A stretch of DNA of 64,000 nucleotides from a virus (Duplodnaviria > Caudoviricetes), in the IMG/VR virus record IMGVR_UViG_3300044518_000037, positions 11,808-75,807 of that record; one strand, given 5' to 3'. The notes below the pieces were generated by a model. That model ran no database searches and was not told where the DNA came from. It was given only the letters and a program-made list of their open reading frames with translations. The translations under genes and the position numbers were made by a program. Positions 51,388-60,278 of the stretch are shown piece after piece (positions within the stretch are counted from its first letter, which is position 1; each line of letters starts with the position of its first letter).

Positions 51388-54293
51388 TACCAGCCCCCCA
51401 TCAGTGTCTTGATACGGTCGTCCGCCGCGATGAAGTCAACGAAGCTCTTCGCTGCCGACTGGGCTCCCTCCGCAGAAGCAGTCGGCATTTGCACAGTAAT
51501 ACTCCCGGTGCTGAAGTTGATATTCACTCCGCCGCCAGTGGTCCGGACGCCGAGCGTCTGGTTCATCAGAGCCTGGCGCACGGCGGTGGCCGCCTGCTGA
51601 GGCAGGACCATCTCGCCAGGGTGCAACTGCGCGCTCTGGGTAGTCGGCACGTTCCACGCCCCGGCGGAGTAGCCCTGGGACGGCAGGTCGGGGTTGGCCT
51701 GTTGCACATTCTGGATGCCGTGGTACCGGCCCTTGATGTAGTTGATCGTGGCAGCGGCGTTCGCCTCAGGATTGAAAATGTCATCCGGAAGTGACTTCAC
51801 CCGGTTGGCCTCGAATGTTGCACCTATTACCTGCCACGGCCCGCGTGACGGGTCCCCGGCCTTAGCATTCGAGTCCCAATCATTTTCCGCGTGTATGTCG
51901 TAGTCGGATTCCCGGTAGGCGATCGTCGTCAGCCCGCGTGCCCAGGCCGCGCCTGAGACGTCCGTGACCGCCATCGCCCCGGAAATCGCATCCCGGATCT
52001 CCTTCGGCGGGGCGGGGATGACGCCCTGCTTGCCCTTGATCTCACCCCAGTTGTAATCACCCACATCCGCCCCGGCCGGGCTAGCGGAGTTCTTAGCCGA
52101 GGAATTCTGCGACGGCGGGGAATCCCCCGCGCTCCCGGCCCATGCCCCGCCGCCTCCGCCAGCCAGGGCGGAGGCCAGGGCCTCGACCTCGGCGTGCGCC
52201 CCGCCGAGTGCCGCACCGGTCCCACCAGCCACGCCCCCACTGCCCTGCTTGGTCCGCGCACCGCCCGGCAGCCCCCCACCGAGGTTCGAGGAGACCGCGT
52301 TTCCGCCGGCCGCCACTCGGCGGGCGAACTTCCATGCCGAATTCTGCGAGATTCGACCGTACTTGACCACATCACCGGTGTGCGGGGCGTTGATGTACTC
52401 ATCCGGGCCCACAACCATGCCCACGTGCTCGGCGGTACCCGGTGAGCCGTAGAAAATAAGGTCACCAGGCGCAGCTTCCGACAGCGGGATCTCGGCGCCG
52501 ACCTTCGACTGCTCCTGAGATGTGCGCGGCAGGTCGATCCCGCCAGACCGCCACGCGGCCTGAGTGAGAGAAGAGCAGTCCCAGGTGTCCGGACCGTTTG
52601 CTCCGTATACATACGGCTTGCCGAGCTGGGCCCGCGCGAACGACAGCGCCGCCGAGGCCGTACCCGCCGGAGCGCCGCCGCTGCCGGCCGACGAGGGCTG
52701 GCTGTCCTGTGAGGGAACCACCGGCCCTGACGAACCGCCGCCGATTGAGTTTATTGTCTTCTTCAGCCAGTTCCCGAAGCCCTCCCCAGCCCGTTCGGGA
52801 CCCTTGGCCAGGCTGTTGAGCCCGTTCCCCAGGCTTCGGCCGGCACTGAAACTGCTCCCCGCACCGCCGGCGCCCTTGGCGTAGCCCAGGACCCCCGCTA
52901 CGCCGCCCTGCTGGTAGGCGCCAGCAACCCCCGCGAAGGGTCCGAGGGCCTTCTGAAGCAAGGCGTAGATGTCCGACAGCGTGTTGGCGGACGCCTTCGC
53001 CGCGTCCAAGTAGTCGGCCGAATCCGCGAGATAGCCGTTTGCCTGGCGCCCCTGCATCATGTTCTTCGCCTGCGAGAGCGTGTCGCCGAACCCATACTGC
53101 GTCAAGGTCTTGAGCGCGGCCTGCCCCTGGGAGCTGTCTGGGCTGGACGAGGCGGTGTCAAGCAAGCGCTGTGCCTGCGTCAGCGTCATCCTCGCCAGGC
53201 CCTTGCCGGCGGGTGACGTGAGCTTGTTCTCTGCCGCCAGAATGTTCTGGAATGCCTGCTGTTGCTGCCCGGACAGGCCAATCTGATCGCTGAAGGCCGC
53301 CAGTGATGATGCGAGCGAGCCACCCTGTGCCATTTCCGCCCGGAAGGCGGTCTGGTTTAGGTTCTGGAAACCCCCGATGTTCGCGTTCACCCTGTTAGCT
53401 AGGGAATTTATTGTGTCCATTGGCGCACGCTGACCGCCGCCGGCATACCTCGGCGTCGTCAGGCCGAACGCCTGCGCCCCGTAGAATGCCCGTGCACTGC
53501 CGAACACACCCTGGATCCGGGCAGCCTCCTGCAACCCCATGCCGGGGTTCAGCATCGCCATGGTGCTGGCGCCCGTCATCAGGCGCCCGTAATTCTGCTG
53601 GTACGCCTGCTGGTTGATCGTCAGCGCGGCACCGAACATGTCGGCCGGGCCGTTGCCCCAGTACTGCCCGCCGTACTGCTGCACCGTGCGCCCGTAGGAC
53701 GCGGCAAGCTGGCCGCCGGACAGGCCGCCTGTGGGGGACCAGAGGGCGTTCTGTCGGGTGTACAGGTCCAGCGCCGTGGCGTAGTCTCCCTGGCTCGACA
53801 TGAACCCAGACGCCACCGACCAGGCCGCCCCGGCCGAGGCACGCACCAGCTGACCACTGACCTGCGCCCACCGCCCGCGCGACACAGGCCCCGAACTTGG
53901 CGCAGGCGCCGTCGGCCGGTTGACCAGGTTCGACCCCAACAGCCCATACAGGAACTGGTGGGTGTTCGAGCTTCCCTGCGTCAACGTCTGCTGGGCCTGC
54001 GTCGACTGCCGCATCCGCGCCGCAGCACCGAGCTGCGCCTGGGCGCTGGGCGTCGAGCCCATGGTCGGTGTGCCGCCGTGGCCGCCGCTGCCGGCCGTGC
54101 TGCCCGAGCCGAAACCCAGGTACGTCGATGTCGAGCTGGCCGCGCGCAGCACCAGGCGGCTCAGGTTGTCGATGACGCCCTTGAACTCGTCCACAGCGGA
54201 CTGGAAGGCCCGGTTCGGGATAGCCGTCCCGTTCGCAACGCTCGGGCCGCCGGAGCCCGGTGTCGGCCCGCTGGGCGGCGGTGGGGTGACCAC
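51387..54293 (-). CDS. Tape measure protein with NlpC/P60 peptidase and SLT transglycosylase domains
   Basis: A/G-rich helical body; QLGKPYVYG..GPD.WDCSSL...HVG; RES...N.WDSNA..G.PSRG..Q. Confidence 0.9.
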   Translation of the reverse strand: MVTPPPPSGPTPGSGGPSVANGTAIPNRAFQSAVDEFKGVIDNLSRLVLRAASSTSTYLGFGSGSTAGSGGHGGTPTMGSTPSAQAQLGAAARMRQSTQAQQTLTQGSSNTHQFLYGLLGSNLVNRPTAPAPSSGPVSRGRWAQVSGQLVRASAGAAWSVASGFMSSQGDYATALDLYTRQNALWSPTGGLSGGQLAASYGRTVQQYGGQYWGNGPADMFGAALTINQQAYQQNYGRLMTGASTMAMLNPGMGLQEAARIQGVFGSARAFYGAQAFGLTTPRYAGGGQRAPMDTINSLANRVNANIGGFQNLNQTAFRAEMAQGGSLASSLAAFSDQIGLSGQQQQAFQNILAAENKLTSPAGKGLARMTLTQAQRLLDTASSSPDSSQGQAALKTLTQYGFGDTLSQAKNMMQGRQANGYLADSADYLDAAKASANTLSDIYALLQKALGPFAGVAGAYQQGGVAGVLGYAKGAGGAGSSFSAGRSLGNGLNSLAKGPERAGEGFGNWLKKTINSIGGGSSGPVVPSQDSQPSSAGSGGAPAGTASAALSFARAQLGKPYVYGANGPDTWDCSSLTQAAWRSGGIDLPRTSQEQSKVGAEIPLSEAAPGDLIFYGSPGTAEHVGMVVGPDEYINAPHTGDVVKYGRISQNSAWKFARRVAAGGNAVSSNLGGGLPGGARTKQGSGGVAGGTGAALGGAHAEVEALASALAGGGGGAWAGSAGDSPPSQNSSAKNSASPAGADVGDYNWGEIKGKQGVIPAPPKEIRDAISGAMAVTDVSGAAWARGLTTIAYRESDYDIHAENDWDSNAKAGDPSRGPWQVIGATFEANRVKSLPDDIFNPEANAAATINYIKGRYHGIQNVQQANPDLPSQGYSAGAWNVPTTQSAQLHPGEMVLPQQAATAVRQALMNQTLGVRTTGGGVNINFSTGSITVQMPTASAEGAQSAAKSFVDFIAADDRIKTLMGGW

Positions 54294-55378
54294 TACACCC
54301 TCCGGGCGTCAGAGCGGATATCCGTCCGCTGAGCACTCGCGGCCACCGCCTGGTGGTGTGCTTTGCCGACGAGTGACAGCATGTGCCGCCCGATCGCCGC
54401 GAACCGCTGGCGCGTGTGCTCCTCGTGCCTGACCGAAGCCTTGTGCGCGGCCTCGATCATCCGAGATGCGCGCTGGAGATCACGCGCTCTCGCCGCCGTG
54501 TCCCGCTCATGCGCCTTGTGCGCGGCCTTGACCATCCGGGCCGCGCGCTGGAGATCACGCACCTTTCCCGCCGTGGCCCGCTCGCGCGCCTTCTGCGCAG
54601 TCGACGCATCCGCTGCCGTCTTCTTGGCCGATGTCGCAGCCGACTTAGCGACTTGCGCGCGCTCAGCAGCGCCCTTCGCCTGCTTCCTGCTGGCGGCCGT
54701 AGTGCGAGCAGCAGTCGCACGGGCCTGCTGGTCCTGCTCGCGGGCCTCGGCCTTGACCGCCTCCACATGGGCCAACCCCTTGGCAGCCGCGCGCTTATGG
54801 GCCCGCTTGGCCGCATCCAGGACGGTGCCCGACGTCTCCGCCGCCGCACCCGACTTGGCCATCTCCGCCGACGTGTCCAGCACCTGTCGGCTGGCCGCCT
54901 TGACCCCCCGCTTCGCCGCCCCCGTCGCCTTGGACCTCGGGTTCTCCGCCTTCTTGTCCTGGTACACGGCCTTCGCAACCCGCTGATGGTGCAAAGCCAT
55001 CTGGTGCTCGGCACGGTTGAGCCGATGCGTCTCCCGGTTCGCAGAGTGCGCCTTCTCAGCCTCAGCCTGGGCAGCCGCCTTCTTCTTCACCCTCGGATCC
55101 GCCGCCGCCGCCGTCCGCGCATGCTCAACCGCCCGCTGGCCGGCAGCACGCTGCGCCGCCACGGCCTGGCGGCCCTGCTCCTGGACCTGCTCGTGGTGCG
55201 CGCGCAGCCGATCACGCTCGGCCGCCATCGCCTCGTGATGGGCCTGCGCGAGACCAGCCGTGTGCGACGCCTGCCCAGGTGCCAGATGACCGGTGGCGCC
55301 CTGCAAGAAGTGCGCCATCCTGCCGCCGGGCGCTTCCGGGGGCGGCGTCCACACCGGCCGCGAGGGTGGCGTGGTCAT
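54293..55378 (-). CDS. Highly basic Ala/Lys/Arg/His-rich coiled-coil protein, 361 aa
   Basis: ATG at 55378; tandem RDLQRA.RM..AAHKA repeat. Confidence 0.75.
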   Translation of the reverse strand: MTTPPSRPVWTPPPEAPGGRMAHFLQGATGHLAPGQASHTAGLAQAHHEAMAAERDRLRAHHEQVQEQGRQAVAAQRAAGQRAVEHARTAAAADPRVKKKAAAQAEAEKAHSANRETHRLNRAEHQMALHHQRVAKAVYQDKKAENPRSKATGAAKRGVKAASRQVLDTSAEMAKSGAAAETSGTVLDAAKRAHKRAAAKGLAHVEAVKAEAREQDQQARATAARTTAASRKQAKGAAERAQVAKSAATSAKKTAADASTAQKARERATAGKVRDLQRAARMVKAAHKAHERDTAARARDLQRASRMIEAAHKASVRHEEHTRQRFAAIGRHMLSLVGKAHHQAVAASAQRTDIRSDARRV

Positions 55379-55602
55379 ACCCGCTGCGCCTCGGACTCCG
55401 GAGACTGCGGAACCTGGCCACCGGTGGCACTCTTGCCTGCGGACTTGCCGCCACCGCCGAACTGCATGCTGCTCATGACGCGGCCGAGGAACCCGGAGCC
55501 GCCGGTCATGCCGGCTGCGGAGGCGCCCTCGGCAGCCGCGCCGGTGGCGGCCTCGGCCGCGCCCGCCTCGGCCAGTGGAGCGAGAAATGCCATGGTTGTC
55601 AC
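55375..55602 (-). CDS. Small Ala/Gly-rich protein, 75 aa
   Basis: GAGGGG RBS; coupled to the next gene. Confidence 0.65.
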   Translation of the reverse strand: MTTMAFLAPLAEAGAAEAATGAAAEGASAAGMTGGSGFLGRVMSSMQFGGGGKSAGKSATGGQVPQSPESEAQRV

Positions 55603-55650
55603 CCCTCGGATTTAGTCCTTCAGAAAAGTGTAGAAAGCGGGCGAAAATAC

Positions 55651-55797
55651 TCAGCGTTGCTGGTGCCAGGCTGATTTCCTCACCCAGTGCCGACGTTCGC
55701 GGACGGGTAGCCGCTTCACCTCGGAGAGCGGCCATGGATAGAGGCGGACGAGCGTCTCGAAGTCCCGGTAGGCCGACTCGTAGTCAGAGTCCGCGAA
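55651..55797 (-). CDS. Frameshift-extended part of the tail assembly chaperone (gpGT-like), no own start codon
   Basis: +1 frame reads FADSDYESAYRDFETLVRLYPWPLSEVKRLPVRERRHWVRK, matching the small TAC motif W.LSE+..L..RER..W. Confidence 0.7.
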   Translation of the reverse strand, partial: FADSDYESAYRDFETLVRLYPWPLSEVKRLPVRERRHWVRKSAWHQQR

Positions 55798-56635
55798 AGA
55801 GGGTCGCCAGGTTGATCGGCAGTTTTACCTCCTGCCCGCACGAGTCATGCACGAAGGTGACGTCGTTGAAACGGGGGCCTGGCTGAGTGGTGGTCAGGAA
55901 TTCGAGGATCACCTGCCGGTCGGCCATCGACATGGACCGCACGAGGGCAAGAGAGCCCTTCACGGAGTTGTCGACGTCCTCAATCCGCAGGAGGCACCGC
56001 TTGAGCATCTCGGTGTTCTGCTGGGCTGTCGTCGCATTCTGGATAGCGACGACAGCGTTCTGATCCTTGCCGGTGGGCAGTCGCACGTGGGCGGTTGCGC
56101 CCTTGCGGAGCGCCACCGTGTACTCGGTGCGCTCGGGGTCATCGAGGTGGACCATCGGTACGTCGTCAAGGGAGAGTGAGAGGTCGACCGCCTCACCGCA
56201 GTGTGGGCACGGCAGTCGCTCGAACTCGACGTAGTCGCCGAAGGTAACCCTGCGCACGGCCAGGACCAGGGCCTCGCGGTCACCCATGAGGAGCTCATCG
56301 CAGATCTGGCGGTCCATCACCTGGTCACCTACGGTTCGCACGCCTCGCATCACGAGCGTGTCCAGGATCTTGTGCCAGTTCCCGCCGAGCCGGGCGAGGG
56401 CTTCCTCGTCCTCGCCCGTGAGTTCGCGGACCTCGGCGCTGCGGTACCACTGACCGTCGCGCTGGATGCCCTGCTCCAGCAGGACGTTGGCGTCGTGGGG
56501 CGGCTCGATGAGCGGCTCGTTGCCGGCCCGGTCGGCGGCGAGAACTGCCTTGGTGGCAGCCATCGCCTCTTGAGGGTTTTGGTGCCCGCTGATCGCGGGG
56601 CGGCCGAAGGTGTCGAAGTCGGGGAGCTGAACCAT
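55784..56635 (-). CDS. Tail assembly chaperone/baseplate hub assembly protein (T4 gp51-like)
   Basis: VRELTG.DEE, LL.GDR..L, CPHC, RLPTG.DQ, DR..IL, P......CGQ; between tube and TMP. Confidence 0.85.
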   Translation of the reverse strand: MVQLPDFDTFGRPAISGHQNPQEAMAATKAVLAADRAGNEPLIEPPHDANVLLEQGIQRDGQWYRSAEVRELTGEDEEALARLGGNWHKILDTLVMRGVRTVGDQVMDRQICDELLMGDREALVLAVRRVTFGDYVEFERLPCPHCGEAVDLSLSLDDVPMVHLDDPERTEYTVALRKGATAHVRLPTGKDQNAVVAIQNATTAQQNTEMLKRCLLRIEDVDNSVKGSLALVRSMSMADRQVILEFLTTTQPGPRFNDVTFVHDSCGQEVKLPINLATLFRGL

Positions 56636-56659
56636 TTTGATTCCTTGTTCCGGGTCGGG

Positions 56660-57235
56660 TTACTGGAAGGGCTGGATCTGTCCGTCAGGGCCGTATGTAC
56701 TGGCGAGCCGGAAATCCCACCCTTCGTGTGCGAGCGTCAGCTGTTGGAGTTCCACTCCGTTTGCACCGGCATCGAGATCGCCGAAGGCAACGCTGGTCGG
56801 CCAGGCGTTGTAGATTCGCCAGCCGGCCTTGTATGTGACGTCCTGTGTGGTGACCGGGTGATCGAGAAGGTATATGTCGATGTTGGCTCGGAACTCGTCA
56901 CGTCCGGAGCTGCCGCCGGAGCCCTGCTGGACCATAAAGATCTGCTGGACCCAGGCGAAGATGTCGGAGTCACCAGGGATGAGGCCACGCGACATCGTGA
57001 TGGGGGCAAAGTCGCTCTGGCCAGGCATTTTCTGGGTAGTCGTGTTCATACCACCCTGCCGGTACACCACAACATCCGTGGTGATCGAAAGGCCGGAGAT
57101 CGACATGAATCCCATCTGGGGCTGCCGGTCGCTCAGATCCGCGTGGTGAATGAATGCCTGGAACTTGAAATTCCGAAGCGGGTCCGTCTGTATGTGTGAG
57201 AACGACGGCTGCTGGCGGGTGGTCGGGTTGACCAT
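56660..57235 (-). CDS. Tail tube protein (T4 gp19 family)
   Basis: DPLRNFKF, GF.SISGL, YRQGG, PG......ITMSRG, W.IYNAWP, L.LAHEG. Confidence 0.95.
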   Translation of the reverse strand: MVNPTTRQQPSFSHIQTDPLRNFKFQAFIHHADLSDRQPQMGFMSISGLSITTDVVVYRQGGMNTTTQKMPGQSDFAPITMSRGLIPGDSDIFAWVQQIFMVQQGSGGSSGRDEFRANIDIYLLDHPVTTQDVTYKAGWRIYNAWPTSVAFGDLDAGANGVELQQLTLAHEGWDFRLASTYGPDGQIQPFQ

Positions 57236-57249
57236 GAATCACCTCACGC

Positions 57250-59256
57250 TTAGCCGTTGGGGAGAATGCTGGTGGCGCTGGAAACGCCGCCCTGGTACTG
57301 GGAGATCTGAATGACGATGTACTCGGCCGGCACCTGAAGGGCGACTCCGACGGTCAAATGCACCTCGCCCGCTGCCACGGTCGACGGTGTGTTGTTCGAG
57401 CTGTCACAGACGACGAAAAATGCCTGATTCGGAGTCGTCCCCGCGAGCTGCCCGGACATCATCAGCGTGGTAAGGCGCTGGGTGACGATGCCGGAGATCT
57501 TCTGCCAGAGGTTCGGACCGTTCGGCCGGAAAGCCGCGAATCGCGTCGCGTCTACCAGGGTGTTCTCGATGTAGGTCAGCATCCGGCGCACCGGGATGTA
57601 CCGGTCGGGCATTCCCGCCCTGATGGTGCGCACACCCATGATGCAGTAGCCCGCATGCGGGACTGGGCGGATCACGTTAAGGCCGGACACGTTGAGCGTG
57701 TCGAGCTGGTCGGTCGAGAAGACGTGCTCGACACCGACCGCGCCGACGATCGCGTAACTGGTTCCCGCCGGCGCCTGGTTGGGGCCGATGTCGGCGTCTG
57801 CCCTAGCGAACTGGCCCATAACGGCGCCACCCGGGGCGAGCATTCGGGTCGCCGTGTTCGAGGTGCCAGCCGGGTCCGAGACCTGGAGCCATGGGCCGTA
57901 CATTGCGGCGTACGACGAGGCGGGCTGATAGCTGCCCGGCGGTGTCGCCGAGGGCAGCAACAGCTGGTAGGCCGTCACCGCTGCGGTCGAGTCGGAAGGT
58001 AGCGGCACCTGCGGCGCGTCCAGGACCAAGAAGGCACTGCCCCGGGTCTGGACCCAGTTGATCGCGGCGCTCACGACGGACTGCGCGGGGATGCCGCCTG
58101 AGGCCAGGGCGTTGGCACACAGATTGATCAGCAGGACGTCATCGACGCTGCTGAACCCGGCGGCCAGGGCTGTCGCGAGGTTGACGGTCTGCACGCCGTC
58201 GGAGCCGCCGGCCAGCTGCACGCCGGTGGCCAGGACCGGTGTCCAGGACGCGTCGGGAGTCTGGCCGGTGCCCGGCGAAGGCGTGCTCGGAGGCAGAAGG
58301 TTCGCGACGCTGACGTAATTCGAGCCGGAAACAGCGGAGTTGATGAGCGAGACAGCGTACCTAGGATCGGTCGGGATGAGGCTGACGTCCTGCCAGCTCT
58401 CAACGATCGAGCCGGGCGCGGTGCTGCCCGACTTGACGAAAAGGTGGAACCGGCCGGGAGTCCAACTCTGGACCAGGTCAACGTAGAGGTTGTTACCGAA
58501 GGCCCCGGCACCCTTGGCGGTGACTTTCAGCGCCGGAACGCCCATGTACGGGGGAAGCGTCGAAAACGTCGGCGGGCTCGCGATGGCGGGACCCGCCGAC
58601 GTGCCCTTGTACGGGACGACCTGGAAGGTGTACGTCGTACCCGCAGTGAGGCCGGCGAACGTCGCGGTGAGAGCCCCGGTGCCCTGCGTGATCCAGACCA
58701 TCTGCCCGACCGCGCCTGGCGTGGTCGCGGTGCACGTCACCTGGTACGCATCGACGGTGTTCGTCGGAGTGATCGCCGGCCACTGGATGCTCAGCGCGGA
58801 TTGCTCAGGGTTAACCAGCGGGGCGGTGACCGTGGCCAGGACGACGCCGGTGACCGCCGAAGCAGGCGCCGTGCCCGTACCGGTCGGTGCCGTCGTGCCG
58901 GCGGTCGCGGTCTGGGTGGTCTTCGGCGGAATCGGGACGTTGAGGATCGTCGTGCTGGCCGCAACGGCATCGGCGGCGACCGCACGCTGAATCCACGCCT
59001 GCGTGCCGCCCTGCGCGAAATACTGGAACACCTGGAAAGGGAGGAAGTCGAGCCCAGACCCGAACCCCCCGTACAGGCTCATGAACTGAGACCAGGAGCT
59101 GACCTTGACCGGCGTCGTCGGCCCGGCAGCGTGCGTGCCGACAAACGCAGCAATGGCCGTGCCCGGGGCAGTTGACGGCTGCGGCAGGGGAAGCAGCGTC
59201 TCCGAGATATAGACACCCGGCCGCTTGAACGGGTACGTGGGGGTGGGCGTGGTCAA
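57250..59256 (-). CDS. Tail sheath protein with an inserted FN3 domain
   Basis: RPGVYISE, W.QF...YGG, YGPW, APGG...G, G.RT, YIPVRR, F.PN...LW, AF.V.CD..NN, PAEYI. Confidence 0.96.
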   Translation of the reverse strand: MTTPTPTYPFKRPGVYISETLLPLPQPSTAPGTAIAAFVGTHAAGPTTPVKVSSWSQFMSLYGGFGSGLDFLPFQVFQYFAQGGTQAWIQRAVAADAVAASTTILNVPIPPKTTQTATAGTTAPTGTGTAPASAVTGVVLATVTAPLVNPEQSALSIQWPAITPTNTVDAYQVTCTATTPGAVGQMVWITQGTGALTATFAGLTAGTTYTFQVVPYKGTSAGPAIASPPTFSTLPPYMGVPALKVTAKGAGAFGNNLYVDLVQSWTPGRFHLFVKSGSTAPGSIVESWQDVSLIPTDPRYAVSLINSAVSGSNYVSVANLLPPSTPSPGTGQTPDASWTPVLATGVQLAGGSDGVQTVNLATALAAGFSSVDDVLLINLCANALASGGIPAQSVVSAAINWVQTRGSAFLVLDAPQVPLPSDSTAAVTAYQLLLPSATPPGSYQPASSYAAMYGPWLQVSDPAGTSNTATRMLAPGGAVMGQFARADADIGPNQAPAGTSYAIVGAVGVEHVFSTDQLDTLNVSGLNVIRPVPHAGYCIMGVRTIRAGMPDRYIPVRRMLTYIENTLVDATRFAAFRPNGPNLWQKISGIVTQRLTTLMMSGQLAGTTPNQAFFVVCDSSNNTPSTVAAGEVHLTVGVALQVPAEYIVIQISQYQGGVSSATSILPNG

Positions 59257-59258
59257 TG

Positions 59259-60200
59259 TCAGCTCCCGGAGACGGCAAGTGTGAGGGTCTGCCTGACGAC
59301 CTGTGGGGGTGAGTCGGAGTCCGTGAGGCCGAGGACGAAGGAGGCGGGGGAGGGGGTCGTCGCGGTGACCGGAATGCCGAAGACGAAGCCGCTGGACGCG
59401 AGGACCAGGCCCTGCGGAGGTGAGCCGGACTCCAATGACCAGCTGTACGGCGGCGTGCCGCCCGTCGCGCTGAGCGCGTACTGGTACGGGACGCCGACAT
59501 GCCCGACCGGCAGTGTGGATGTCGTTGCCACCAGCTGCGTCTTGGAGACCGAGATCGGAGGATCGAGGTGAACCAGGTCCCCGGTTTGGAAGGCCGGCCC
59601 GTCGACCACGTCCAGCACGACACGTTGCGCGGGCGTCAGCTGGTCGATCTTGGACAGGAAAATTTCAGCAGAGACGCGAATGCTCCAGGCCGCCGTGAAC
59701 AGACGCTTATCCAACTGGTCGGTCGACTCGGTGGTCTCAGGGCCCCCGAGGATGTCCAGGCGCCGTACCGTCCCGTCCTGCGGCACACTGAGGTATCCAA
59801 AGCGCGGCGGCAGATAGTCGAACTGTGACAGCGCAGCAAGAAGTTCGACCATGTGCGCCTGCTTCCTGGCGAGTACCTCCAGGTGGTAGTCGACGTTCAG
59901 CGGGATGGGCGCCTCGGCCGTGTACGGGGACTGCGCCGGGTCGGCGATGTCCGCCCACGGCTGGTAGCCCTCCGGCGCATACCCGACGGTGCCGTACCCC
60001 CGAAACTCCCGCGTCGAGTCCTTGCTGATCCCGGCGTGCGAGATCAGGATCAGCGGGAAGACGGCGTCGGCCAGCTCGTACTCCGGGCTCTTGAACCGGA
60101 CGGTGACAGCGCGCCCCTGCGGACCTGCTGTTGAGTCGTGGACGATTAGGCCCCCAAGCTTTTGCTTGAGGGCCGCGTCCTCGTTCGCAAGCAGCGGCAC
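59259..60200 (-). CDS. Tail terminator/Pvc16-like protein with a C-terminal putative Ig domain
   Basis: NEDAALK..L, R..P, P.....Y; TTSTLP.G.VG.PY...LSATGG.PPY.WS..SG..P.GL. Confidence 0.75.
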   Translation of the reverse strand: MPLLANEDAALKQKLGGLIVHDSTAGPQGRAVTVRFKSPEYELADAVFPLILISHAGISKDSTREFRGYGTVGYAPEGYQPWADIADPAQSPYTAEAPIPLNVDYHLEVLARKQAHMVELLAALSQFDYLPPRFGYLSVPQDGTVRRLDILGGPETTESTDQLDKRLFTAAWSIRVSAEIFLSKIDQLTPAQRVVLDVVDGPAFQTGDLVHLDPPISVSKTQLVATTSTLPVGHVGVPYQYALSATGGTPPYSWSLESGSPPQGLVLASSGFVFGIPVTATTPSPASFVLGLTDSDSPPQVVRQTLTLAVSGS

Positions 60201-60278
60201 AGGCACCTCTGGATAGGAAGATCCATGTCGTACCACCAAAAGTGCCCGGCCGGATTTCGGTTCAGGTAATTCTGGCTG

